From the IMG/VR virus record IMGVR_UViG_3300044296_000112, positions 1 through 41,781 of that record: a stretch of DNA of 41,781 nucleotides; one strand, 5' to 3'. Position 1 is the stretch's first letter. Each line of letters begins with the position of its first letter. Source of the stretch: a virus. Its lineage: Duplodnaviria; Caudoviricetes. The notes under the pieces were generated by a model that was not told where the DNA came from, did not search any database, and worked only from the letters and a program-made list of their open reading frames with translations. This document shows positions 1-8,421 of the stretch, piece after piece. Both the position numbers and the translations under genes were made by a program.

Positions 1-1
1 A

Positions 2-109
2 ACTAACCTACCGGCGAAGGCTGGGGCGGTGACGTTCTTCACGTTCCGCGGCGGTTCAGATGGCAAATGGTGGGCGACGTGCGCCCCGTATTCCGTGAAC
101 TATGAATAA
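2..109 (+). CDS. C-terminal fragment of an upstream gene, probably the end of the tail-tip/hub protein that starts at 40045
   Basis: Open frame TNLPAKAGAVTFFTFRGGSDGKWWATCAPYSVNYE-TAA; the stop overlaps the ATG at 102; reads as the second half of the domain cut at the right end of the window. Confidence 0.7.
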   Translation, partial: TNLPAKAGAVTFFTFRGGSDGKWWATCAPYSVNYE

Positions 110-3100
110 ACGCATTGTTCTTTTCGTTCTGGCGACCCGTGCGGCGTTTCCGCAGGTTCAGACACCGTTAACCATCACCCAAAGCGCGGGAAGCGCTACG
201 GGCGAACTGCGATTGCAGGAGCGGAGGACGAACGGCCAGAACTACGTCGGAATCAAGGCTCCGCAGTCAGTGACGGCCAATCAGGTATGGGACCTCCCCT
301 CCGCCGACGGCACCAGCGGCCAATGCCTTACCACCGACGGCGCGGGCGTGCTGTCCTTCGGCTCCTGCGCGGGCGAAAGGACTGCCTCCGATTACAACTG
401 GTCGCAGACGGTCGGATCATTCACGGGCGGTTCGACCCTCACGCTCACCTTCACCGGTACAAGTTGCCCGGCTGCTGGAACGGACACAAATTTTAGTTTC
501 CGTGTCTACGAAAACTCCACCCCTACGACCTGGGAAGTCGTCTCCGTAACCGGCGGCACCTGCACGCGCGGCGGCTCTGGCACGCTCACCGCTTCTCCCG
601 GCTCATCCTACACCAACCTTGTCGCCACATCCGCATCGTCGGGTGTGCAGGAAGCCATCTTCAGTGTGGCCGATTCACTTCCCATCTCGATTCGCGTCAA
701 AGTCGGCGGATACTACGTGTACAGCGACATCCTCACCGAGGACCGTTCCGCAACCGTTACGTGCGACGGGCCGGGGGCAATCTTCGTCCCGATGGCCGAT
801 TCCGTCTCTGTTTTCAACGCGGCGGCGCCGTCTGGAATCCGCGTGCTTCACTGCGCTTTCAACAACGCCTACGCGAAAGCATCCACGAAAGCCATCCGCA
901 CCTACAACAACGATGGGAATTCGTTTGGGTCGCTGATCTACGACAACAACATCACCGGCTTCTCAACCTGCGTTGACCTGCAGACGGTCTACGGACTCAC
1001 TGGCTACGCCTACAATCGACATGTCGATTGCACCGACACGGCGCTGTTTATGTCGAACGCCGAGACGGGTGACGCCGGTATCGGGCTGATTGGCCCCGGA
1101 AACATCTTCTCTGATTCCGTGACCGCCAACTACGGCATCAATTGGAACGGTCCCGGGAACCTGAAGGTGAAGCACAACAGCTTCAATGGGTACAAGGAGC
1201 AACTCCACGCCGAGCCGAAAATGGGCGTGGTGAATGTCAGCGGTACGTCGGTCACTTGGGTGAGCGGAAACAAGTTTCGCTCCACCATGGCGGGCGGCGG
1301 GTTCGTTGCTGGCTCGACCGTCGCAGCGACGATCAGCACGTACAACAGCAGTACGTCTCTCACGCTTGCCACCTCGCAGCCGACGTGTACCGGGTGTTCG
1401 TATTACGTCAACAACACCGGGCAATTCCAGGTCGAAGGCAACACGTTCGACTCCTGGACCTGGACGACGCATAACGTGCGCCTGTCGGGTGGCATCCCGT
1501 TTTATAACTTTCAGATCCAATCGAATTTCTTCAGCAACCCCAATCCCACCACCTACGCCGCCGGTGTCACCGTCGACGGTGAAGGCTGGTACTTCGGAAG
1601 CGTCAAAGGGAACAACCTCCAGACATCGTATGTGACTGGAAAAGCCATCGATGTAACCAAGGGTAATTACATCGACATCAACGACAACCAGATCGTCAAT
1701 CACCCAACGGGCGTCAACATCGGCGCATCGGCCGTGACAGTTACGACAGACGGAAACAAATGCGCCAACTCTAACACCACGAACTGCGTGCTGTCGGCCC
1801 TATCCACCGCCACGCTGCGCGAGATCACCCCGGTAACGTACACGCAACTCTCCGCACTCACTGCCGCCGATGGCTCGACGCTGTACTGCTCGAATTGCAA
1901 GCAGACTTCCAACTCCTCCTCGACCTGTGCCACCAGCGGCAGCGGTGCGATGGCGAAGCGGATCAACGGCGCGTGGAAGTGCGACGACGGGGCGAAACAA
2001 AACGCCTTCATCCAATCGGGCAATAGCTTCGGCGCTACCGCTGAACTCGGCACCAACGACGCCTACGGAATCACGTTCCGCGTCAACGGCACGGGCGTCT
2101 GGTCGCTGCCGACGACGGGACATTGGTACGCGGCGAGCAACAACACCTACGACATCGGCGCCGGGATCGCGGCCAACTCCCCCCGGACGGTCTACGCGGC
2201 CACATCGATGGTTGCTCCGCTCTATGGATCGATCACGACGGCCGCAATCGGCTTCCAGACCGACAGTACGACGCGATGGAACATCACCAGCGCTGGGATG
2301 CTTCGTCCCGCCACTACCGACACCTACGACATCGGCGACCTGACGACGCCGCTGCGGGTGCGGGGGGTGTACTCAAAGATCATCGACACGGCGTTGTCTG
2401 GCGGAACCGGCGACTACATCCAGACGCGCAAGCTGCAGTTGTTCGATAACACCGGCAGCAGCACGGGTGCTACGTTCTGGGATTTTAACGTCGTCATGAG
2501 CGGCGTCGGAGCGGGGCAAAATTCTAACTTCTACATCAGGGACAATGCGGGTTCCAACGTCGTCAAAATGGAGCGCATCGCCAGCGGCTCGGCGGTATCA
2601 CGGACGACCTGGTACACGGACCTGTTGCCGGATACGACGGCTGGCCGAAACCTAGGATCTTCGTCTCTGCATTGGGGAAAAATGTGGGTCGATACGCTGG
2701 CATCTGATTTATTTCCCGATATCACCGACACCTACGTTCTCGGCAACGGGACAAAGCGCTGGTCATCCGTTCGCACGCTTGACTTCCGGGCCGATGGCGC
2801 GATTACGTTCTCATCCGGTGCTGTAAACGGCTACGTGTGGACATCGGACGCGAGCGGAGTAGGTTCCTGGCAAGCATCCGCAGCAGGCGCATGGACCGTA
2901 TCCGGATCCGACGCCTATCGGTCATCAGGCGCCGTGTGGGTCGGTAAGTCCACCAACAACATCAGCGCGAAGCTCGAAGTTGAGAACAGCGCATCGGTAA
3001 ACATGCTGCAGTTGAAATACACCGGCGCCGTTTCCTCGATCTCCGGCGGCGGTATCAGCGCACACCAGGGATCTCTCCCGACAGCGGCGGATCAGCGGCT

Positions 3101-3854
3101 AGGATTTATGGTGTTCGGAGTGGAGAGCGGCGGCACGCAATACAACCGCGCGGCGATCATGGCGTTCTCTTCGCAGACGTGGAGCGCGGGCAGCGCGGAG
3201 GGAGAGTACCTGCAATTTCTCACCACCTCCAGCGGCAGCACCACGCGCACGGCGCGGTGGAGGGTCGACGCCGATGGAACATGGCTGCCGGAAGCAGCGG
3301 CGACCTACTCCGTTGGCTCCAGCGCGGCGCGAACGCTGAAGCTCTGGACATCGGCGCTGGACGCTTCGGGAGCGGTGACGATGAGCGGGTCGACAATCAC
3401 GGCATCATCTACGTTCTCCAGCGACCTGATCGCCACCAGCAACGCCACCTACGCCCTCGGCTCATCCTCGGTCCGCTGGCTGGGCTACTTCAGCACGCTC
3501 AACGTATCCAGCACGTTCACGCTGACGGGGACAATCACGGGAGACGTGAAGTTCACGGCGGCAAATACCTATGCGCTGGGTGACAGCACCAACTACCTCA
3601 ACGCCGCCTTCGTGAACACCTATCAAGTATTCGGCCAAGTCAAGCCAGCATCCGGTGTCACGACGGCTGATTTGGGAGCCTCTACCTCGCGCTTCCGCAA
3701 GCTCTGGACGGGCGACATCGACGCCAACGGAACCATCACCGCGCCCAACGGCAACGCCGCCCTCTCGGTCACCAAGACCGTGCGGGCGGCTGGTGGGTCC
3801 GCCGATTGCACGCTGATTTTCAGCGGCGGGTTGCTGACTGGCGGGACGTGCTAA
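102..3854 (+). CDS. Large tail fibre/tailspike-like protein (beta-helix-like middle, fibre repeats) with signal-peptide-like N-terminus
   Basis: 1250 aa, S/T/G-rich; fibre motif GELRLQE..NGQNYVGIKAP...LPSADGTSGQCLTTDGAGVLSF; Asn-ladder region; repeated P.(T/A)..TYxLG...RW units; 18 Cys in neighbouring pairs; N-term MNKRIVLFVLATRAAFP|Q. Confidence 0.85.
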   Translation: MNKRIVLFVLATRAAFPQVQTPLTITQSAGSATGELRLQERRTNGQNYVGIKAPQSVTANQVWDLPSADGTSGQCLTTDGAGVLSFGSCAGERTASDYNWSQTVGSFTGGSTLTLTFTGTSCPAAGTDTNFSFRVYENSTPTTWEVVSVTGGTCTRGGSGTLTASPGSSYTNLVATSASSGVQEAIFSVADSLPISIRVKVGGYYVYSDILTEDRSATVTCDGPGAIFVPMADSVSVFNAAAPSGIRVLHCAFNNAYAKASTKAIRTYNNDGNSFGSLIYDNNITGFSTCVDLQTVYGLTGYAYNRHVDCTDTALFMSNAETGDAGIGLIGPGNIFSDSVTANYGINWNGPGNLKVKHNSFNGYKEQLHAEPKMGVVNVSGTSVTWVSGNKFRSTMAGGGFVAGSTVAATISTYNSSTSLTLATSQPTCTGCSYYVNNTGQFQVEGNTFDSWTWTTHNVRLSGGIPFYNFQIQSNFFSNPNPTTYAAGVTVDGEGWYFGSVKGNNLQTSYVTGKAIDVTKGNYIDINDNQIVNHPTGVNIGASAVTVTTDGNKCANSNTTNCVLSALSTATLREITPVTYTQLSALTAADGSTLYCSNCKQTSNSSSTCATSGSGAMAKRINGAWKCDDGAKQNAFIQSGNSFGATAELGTNDAYGITFRVNGTGVWSLPTTGHWYAASNNTYDIGAGIAANSPRTVYAATSMVAPLYGSITTAAIGFQTDSTTRWNITSAGMLRPATTDTYDIGDLTTPLRVRGVYSKIIDTALSGGTGDYIQTRKLQLFDNTGSSTGATFWDFNVVMSGVGAGQNSNFYIRDNAGSNVVKMERIASGSAVSRTTWYTDLLPDTTAGRNLGSSSLHWGKMWVDTLASDLFPDITDTYVLGNGTKRWSSVRTLDFRADGAITFSSGAVNGYVWTSDASGVGSWQASAAGAWTVSGSDAYRSSGAVWVGKSTNNISAKLEVENSASVNMLQLKYTGAVSSISGGGISAHQGSLPTAADQRLGFMVFGVESGGTQYNRAAIMAFSSQTWSAGSAEGEYLQFLTTSSGSTTRTARWRVDADGTWLPEAAATYSVGSSAARTLKLWTSALDASGAVTMSGSTITASSTFSSDLIATSNATYALGSSSVRWLGYFSTLNVSSTFTLTGTITGDVKFTAANTYALGDSTNYLNAAFVNTYQVFGQVKPASGVTTADLGASTSRFRKLWTGDIDANGTITAPNGNAALSVTKTVRAAGGSADCTLIFSGGLLTGGTC

Positions 3855-3861
3855 ACGATTT

Positions 3862-4182
3862 ATGCGAACCATCATCGCAACGCTACTCCTCGCGGCAGTA
3901 GCGGCGGCCGAAGAGCCGACGAAGCCCGCGATTGCTCCAGTGGCGCCGAAAACGGCGCTACTCTCCGAAGTCCAGCAACTCCGCATTGAGAAGGTGCAGG
4001 CGCAGTTGCAGTTGCTTAAGCAGCAGGAAGAGCGCCTCACCGCCGAAGCCATGGGCGCTGTCACCGACGCCTGCAAGGGCATTGGGGGAATCACGGCGTC
4101 GGACTGTACCGTGGTGCCTCCCGCTCCCGGCGAGACGCGGGCCATGATCCGGCTGAATGTGAAACCGGAGGTGAAGAAGTGA
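3862..4182 (+). CDS. Exported small coiled-coil protein, possible fibre chaperone
   Basis: Signal peptide MRTIIATLLLAAVAAA|EE, heptad-like Q/L/E segment, Cys pair; directly follows the fibre gene. Confidence 0.65.
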   Translation: MRTIIATLLLAAVAAAEEPTKPAIAPVAPKTALLSEVQQLRIEKVQAQLQLLKQQEERLTAEAMGAVTDACKGIGGITASDCTVVPPAPGETRAMIRLNVKPEVKK

Positions 4183-4514
4183 AGACGCTTATCGGGCTGA
4201 TCCTCGCCGCCGCTGCATGGTCTGCGTCCATCTGCGGGCAGCGCTCCACGGTGTCCGGTGTCGATACTTCCGTCGCCTGCATCGATTTCGACCAACTGAG
4301 CAAGATCGCTCCAAGCGTTCCGTGGCCATCCGGCACGGTCACCCAGGTGCTTCTCATCTCTCCCACGCCCATCGTCGCCCGCGTACAAGTCGATGCGGAG
4401 GTGCAACTCATCGAACTCGTGCCGAACCAGCAGGGACAGTGGGTCGGGATTGCACAATTCTCGGGTATGGCGCACGAAAACCTGAACGTCCGCATCTACC
4501 GGGAGGCTCCGTGA
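4179..4514 (+). CDS. Exported hypothetical protein
   Basis: GTG start overlapping the previous stop, GGAGG RBS; signal peptide MKTLIGLILAAAAWSA; two Cys; beta-rich. Confidence 0.7.
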   Translation: MKTLIGLILAAAAWSASICGQRSTVSGVDTSVACIDFDQLSKIAPSVPWPSGTVTQVLLISPTPIVARVQVDAEVQLIELVPNQQGQWVGIAQFSGMAHENLNVRIYREAP

Positions 4515-4672
4515 GACTCATCCCCACTGAAGCATTTTTGGCGTCCGACGACGGCACGCCGTTGACGGAGCCGTTTCCCGTTCCCGCCACTGTCGAAGTT
4601 TGCCGCGAGGCCGCACGGCTGGCGCGAATTTACGGACCGATTCAAAAGCCAAAGGAAAAAAGTCATGAATGA
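4511..4672 (+). CDS. Hypothetical protein (53 aa)
   Basis: GGAGG RBS, GTGA overlap with the upstream stop; 3' part of the 4217..4672 track ORF. Confidence 0.5.
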   Translation: MRLIPTEAFLASDDGTPLTEPFPVPATVEVCREAARLARIYGPIQKPKEKSHE

Positions 4673-4916
4673 ATTCTGGAAGGGGTTCAACCCCAACACC
4701 GAAAAAGCCGTGCAGACGCCGACCGGCCCGCAGCGCATCCCGATCCCGCCCGAAGTCTTCGCGCTCCGCACGCTGGAGCCGACGGACGCAGAGGACGTTT
4801 GGGGCTGGGATGCATGTAAGACCTACAAACTGCGCCGCCTGTACGGCGTGCAGAGTGTGGCCGATGTCGCGGGTGCGGTGCAGATCCTCACGCCTCCTGC
4901 GCAGGAGGGAAAGTAG
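4665..4916 (+). CDS. Hypothetical protein
   Basis: AAGGA RBS, translationally coupled between neighbours. Confidence 0.65.
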   Translation: MNEFWKGFNPNTEKAVQTPTGPQRIPIPPEVFALRTLEPTDAEDVWGWDACKTYKLRRLYGVQSVADVAGAVQILTPPAQEGK

Positions 4917-5264
4917 ATGAGCATCAAAGGATTCTTTGGAAAACTGTTCGGCATCTCGGCGCAGATTGCTCCCCTCGCCGCCACGCTGTTCTTCCCCGCA
5001 TTCGCGCCGCTTGTGTCGCTCTCACTCCGCGCCATCATCACGGCTGAGGGCAAGTTCCCCGCCGCCAAGTCGGGCGCGGACAAGGCCGCATGGGCGGCTG
5101 ATGTGGTGGCTGTCTCGGCTCCCGATATCATCGCCGCCATCGAGCAGGCGACGGGGAAGGAGCTTGCGGATGAGGCGCTGCTGCATGATGCGCTTGGTGA
5201 CATCAATAATGGGCTCGTGAAAGCGATGAACGCCTTCCGCGTGTTGCCAAAGGCAGGAAACTGA
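4917..5264 (+). CDS. Membrane-associated protein, LL-H-type holin-like (copy A)
   Basis: Amphipathic/hydrophobic N-term, motif AIITAEGKFP..KSGADKAAWA resembling LL-H holins; precedes the holin; close paralog at 12016. Confidence 0.6.
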   Translation: MSIKGFFGKLFGISAQIAPLAATLFFPAFAPLVSLSLRAIITAEGKFPAAKSGADKAAWAADVVAVSAPDIIAAIEQATGKELADEALLHDALGDINNGLVKAMNAFRVLPKAGN

Positions 5265-5677
5265 TGATTGCCGCTCGGGCGAAGATGTCGGCGCTGGTGG
5301 CACTTGCTGCCGGCGCATGGGGAGGTTTTCACCCGTTGATCCAGACCCTTGTGGTACTGATCTTTTTAGACTTCGCCTCGGGCCTGTTATACGCCTGGGG
5401 AACCGGCACGGTGTCGTCCGATGCCTCGTTTCGCGGAATGGCGAAAAAGTCCATGATGCTCCTGCTGGTTGGCGCCGCGCACGTCTACAACGCCACGCAA
5501 CCGCTCGGATTCGATGCGGCGGCGGCTGTGGCGGGGTTCTTTTGCGCGACGGAGTTTATATCCATCACCGAAAACGCAGGGCGTCTCGGAGTGCCATTGC
5601 CGAAGATTCTAACCGCAGCGATACACAAGCTGCGGGACCAGATGGAGGGCGGGCCGGATGGCCAACCTAAACCGTAA
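5264..5677 (+). CDS. Holin (Phage_holin_4_1 / toxin-secretion-phage-lysis type)
   Basis: LDFASG...SS....RGMAKK...E..SI.EN.GRLGVPLP signature, about 3 TM segments. Confidence 0.9.
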   Translation: MIAARAKMSALVALAAGAWGGFHPLIQTLVVLIFLDFASGLLYAWGTGTVSSDASFRGMAKKSMMLLLVGAAHVYNATQPLGFDAAAAVAGFFCATEFISITENAGRLGVPLPKILTAAIHKLRDQMEGGPDGQPKP

Positions 5678-6407
5678 GTGGAAGCGTTGGATGGCGACCG
5701 GGTGTCTGCATAGCACCCATGCCTGCGCCGAGTATCAGCGCAACGTGCGGGCCTTCCGCAAGGACTTCCGGCCGGACGACTACACCGAACTGGGCGACCT
5801 CCTCGAAACCACGGCTCTACGGGCCGGCGCCCGAGGAACGAAGGACGAATCGGAGCCGCTGGAACCGGATGTGAACAAGGCCCTTGCCTGGCTGCAGGAG
5901 ATGCGGCCGAAGCGGTGGATGCTCGGCAATCACGATGACCGAATCTACCAGTTGCGCGACCATCCATCCGCCATCGTCGCCGAGCTATCTCGCCGCCTTG
6001 TAGCGGACATGGAAGCGGCTGCGGAAAAGGTCAAATGCCGCATCTATCCATACGACATCGAGCGCGGATGGGCGAAGGTCGGCGGAATGTACGTCGGACA
6101 CGGGTATATGTACAACGTCAACGCGCTCCGCGATCACGTCGAGATGCTTGGCGGCAACGTCGTCATGGCGCACCTGCACGTTGCGCACACGTTCCGCGCC
6201 CGCAATCACGGCGGGCATTGGGGCGTCTGCGTCGGAACAGGAGGAGATCCGCGCACTATGGCCTACGCGCGGCGGCGCCGGCAGACGCTCGCCTGGAATC
6301 ACGGCATCGCCTACGGCGAATTCTGCGACGACGAATCGACCATGCACCTACTCCAGTGGAACTGCGCCCATGGCGGAACGGAGGCTCCCCGATGGCTAAT
6401 CTCTTAG
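5658..6407 (+). CDS. Calcineurin-like metallophosphoesterase
   Basis: Motifs GCLH (variant DxH), LGDLLE, LGNHDDR, GHG, AHLH in canonical order. Confidence 0.85.
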   Translation: MANLNRKWKRWMATGCLHSTHACAEYQRNVRAFRKDFRPDDYTELGDLLETTALRAGARGTKDESEPLEPDVNKALAWLQEMRPKRWMLGNHDDRIYQLRDHPSAIVAELSRRLVADMEAAAEKVKCRIYPYDIERGWAKVGGMYVGHGYMYNVNALRDHVEMLGGNVVMAHLHVAHTFRARNHGGHWGVCVGTGGDPRTMAYARRRRQTLAWNHGIAYGEFCDDESTMHLLQWNCAHGGTEAPRWLIS

Positions 6408-6625
6408 CGGAACTATCGGCCGCTCTGGCCAACGATGGCGTTGAGACTGTACCTCCCGACTGGAAAAGCGCCCGCGAAATCGGCGACCAGTGCGGGTACG
6501 CTACATCACAGACCCAGCGCATCCTTTCAGACGCGGTAAGAACCGGGAGATTGGAAATGCGGAAGTTTCGCATTCGCAGCGGATCGCGGGTCTACCCCGT
6601 CCCGCACTATCGGGTGATATCATGA
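6392..6625 (+). CDS. Small winged-helix-like DNA-binding protein
   Basis: GGAGG RBS before ATG 6392; SAREIGDQCGYATSQTQRILSDAVRTGRLE HTH-like pattern. Confidence 0.65.
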   Translation: MANLLAELSAALANDGVETVPPDWKSAREIGDQCGYATSQTQRILSDAVRTGRLEMRKFRIRSGSRVYPVPHYRVIS

Positions 6626-6966
6626 CCCGCGCCGACTGGCACCGCAAGCTCGGTTTTTGGTGCGAGGTTCTGGGCGTGGTGGAAACCCCACGCCTCCTAC
6701 TTGTACCGGCCGCCGACATCCCAGGCTGTGATGCCGTGGCCGAATTCGACGACTGCCGTGCCGCGCACTGGACCATCCGGGTGAGGCGTGGGAAGCACTA
6801 CGACCCGGACACGCTTCTGGTCCACGAACTGCTGCACGTCCGCACCGGCCTCACGGATGCCGCGCATGAAGCGTGGATATGCGATGTGTCGCAAGCAATC
6901 ACGCGGCTCTACTTATCCGGCCACGGCCGCCCCTTGGGCAGTACCCCTGCCGGCGTGTGCCAGTAG
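6622..6966 (+). CDS. Small HExxH zinc-metallopeptidase-like protein
   Basis: ATGA overlap at 6622; TLLVHELLH motif and downstream E; its C-terminal part is conserved in the 12593 chimera. Confidence 0.65.
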   Translation: MTRADWHRKLGFWCEVLGVVETPRLLLVPAADIPGCDAVAEFDDCRAAHWTIRVRRGKHYDPDTLLVHELLHVRTGLTDAAHEAWICDVSQAITRLYLSGHGRPLGSTPAGVCQ

Positions 6967-7073
6967 TCGGAAAAGCACTTGGGGCACTTGCGCGGCGGTT
7001 TCGCCTGGCGCGGGTGCCAAGTGGCACCACAGCGCTGGCAGTTGAGCGTGGGGAGGGTGATAGTGGAGGTCAT
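6909..7073 (-). CDS. Zinc-ribbon protein (54 aa), missed by the ORF track
   Basis: MTSTITLPTLNCQRCGATWHPRQAKPPRKCPKCFSDYWHTPAGVLPKGRPWPDK; AGGAGG RBS; CxxC...WxPR...CPxC..W pattern. Confidence 0.8.
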   Translation of the reverse strand: MTSTITLPTLNCQRCGATWHPRQAKPPRKCPKCFSDYWHTPAGVLPKGRPWPDK

Positions 7074-7075
7074 GG

Positions 7076-7294
7076 CTATTTCACCTCCTGTTCCAGTTCC
7101 CCCGCCACGCGCTCAGCCTCGGTCTGCGCCTCGACTTCGGCGCTCGTCCAGCCGTCCATAGCCTTCTGCGTCTCCTGGCTGTAGAGCTTCCCATCGACAG
7201 TCACGATGGTCAGGATGTTTCCGCCTGTCTGGGTGGCGGTCGCGCTGATGGTGCGGCCGTTGCGGTTGATGGTGTGGGTGGATTCGGTGGTCAT
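7076..7294 (-). CDS. Hypothetical early protein (72 aa)
   Basis: AAGGAG RBS before ATG at 7294; lies just downstream of the ribozyme cleavage site. Confidence 0.75.
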   Translation of the reverse strand: MTTESTHTINRNGRTISATATQTGGNILTIVTVDGKLYSQETQKAMDGWTSAEVEAQTEAERVAGELEQEVK

Positions 7295-7316
7295 GTTTTT
7301 CTCCTTGAGGGTGCAT

Positions 7317-7367
7317 CCGCGACGCCGTTTCCGGCGTTTCGGCCCATGCCTGGGACTCGTCAGGCGG
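7317..7367 (-). ncRNA. Type I hammerhead ribozyme
   Basis: Minus strand CCGC-CUGACGA-GUCCCA(GGCA)UGGGCC-GAAA-CGCCG(GAAA)CGGCG-UC^-GCGG: complete catalytic core, three stems, GUC cleavage triplet; intergenic and sense to the operon. Confidence 0.88.
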
Positions 7368-7637
7368 TTAGAGCTTGATTCCCAAGACGGTTTCCGAGAA
7401 CAGATCGAAGTCATCGTTCTGCGCCCCGCGATCACCAAGATTGGCGATACAGGCATCGGCCACAGCGTTGCCGAGAATGCGGAGGCTCTTGCGACGCTTT
7501 TCTTCGGCGATTAACGCCTTTCCCCAGGCATTGCCCATGAGATCGGCGTCGGCTTGGCAGTCAAGCAAGTGCTGCAATTGGTCGTCGGTGAGCTTGAGAA
7601 GGTCGGCTTCGGTGAGGTTGTTGTGTGCGCTGTTCAT
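7368..7637 (-). CDS. Hypothetical early protein (89 aa), probably leaderless
   Basis: ATG separated from the -10 element by 6 nt; stop abuts the ribozyme. Confidence 0.7.
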   Translation of the reverse strand: MNSAHNNLTEADLLKLTDDQLQHLLDCQADADLMGNAWGKALIAEEKRRKSLRILGNAVADACIANLGDRGAQNDDFDLFSETVLGIKL

Positions 7638-7643
7638 GATCTA

Positions 7644-7672
7644 AGTATTACATGATACTGGAAGGATTGCAA
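7644..7672 (-). promoter_or_regulatory. Sigma70-type promoter of the antisense operon with overlapping imperfect palindrome (possible operator)
   Basis: TTGCAA-17 bp-AATACT; palindrome AGTATTACATGATACT at 7644-7659; AT-rich gap. Confidence 0.65.
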
Positions 7673-7677
7673 TAGGT

Positions 7678-8421
7678 ATGCGAATATTTTTTCTTCTTTT
7701 TTCCCTCCCCACCTTCGCCGCCCTCACCACCATCACCGACACACTCTACACGCCAGCCGGGACGCTGTTCAGCGGAACCGTCTCGCTCTCGCTTAACTCC
7801 CCCGCATCCGCGCAGCCGCTCTACAACTCCAGTGGCCGCACGCTGACGGGGTTTACCGCTTCCGTTTCTGTGACCTCGGGGGCGTTCTCGTATCAGCTCG
7901 AAGCCAACGACGCCATTACCCCCAGCGGCACCAGCTACACCGCCCGCTACTCGCCATCGTCCAGCACCGGCGGCGGCGGATGGTCGGAGACATGGGTGGT
8001 ACCGACCTCGTCCGGCGCCGTGAAGGTTTACCCGTTGCGCTCCACTACCGTCCCGGTGCCATCCGTCATGATCTCCCCTGCGCAACTAACGAGTGGAGGG
8101 GCAACTGCCGGTGACGGCCTGGTCTGGAATGGCTCCTCATGGCAACCAGCCAGCATCGGCGCGGCGCTGCTCGGCCAAGCCACGCTCGACATTGGAAGTG
8201 TCCCCGACGGCGCGTGTGTGCTGCACAGCACGGCCATCACCGTCACTGGCGCGGCGCTGGGCAACCGACCGACTGTCGGCTCGTCCGTCGCATGGCCGGA
8301 GGGCGTCGATATGCGGCCAAAGATCACCGGGCCAAATAGCGTCAAAATCGAAATCTGCAACAACTCCGGCGCGTCGTATGACCCGCCATCCGCCACTTAC
8401 TACCTGGGAGTCATTCAATGA
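7678..8421 (+). CDS. Signal-peptide-bearing fibre/appendage protein
   Basis: MRIFFLLFSLPTFA|A; N-domain paralogous to 11257..11721; linker GDGLVWNGSSWQP; C-domain paralogous to that of 8418..9257. Confidence 0.75.
   Translation: MRIFFLLFSLPTFAALTTITDTLYTPAGTLFSGTVSLSLNSPASAQPLYNSSGRTLTGFTASVSVTSGAFSYQLEANDAITPSGTSYTARYSPSSSTGGGGWSETWVVPTSSGAVKVYPLRSTTVPVPSVMISPAQLTSGGATAGDGLVWNGSSWQPASIGAALLGQATLDIGSVPDGACVLHSTAITVTGAALGNRPTVGSSVAWPEGVDMRPKITGPNSVKIEICNNSGASYDPPSATYYLGVIQ

Noticed and set aside
963-4475. Long minus-strand ORFs (963-1703, 3462-4475; likewise 24669-25532, 32826-33593, 35987-36760)
   Set aside because: Antisense shadows of real genes in GC-rich DNA; no RBS or recognisable motifs
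6035-6391. Extended 5' parts of track ORFs (6035, 6490, 13030, 15462, 18792, 25144, 27455)
   Set aside because: They overlap upstream genes or promoter elements; better RBS-backed or coupled starts lie downstream
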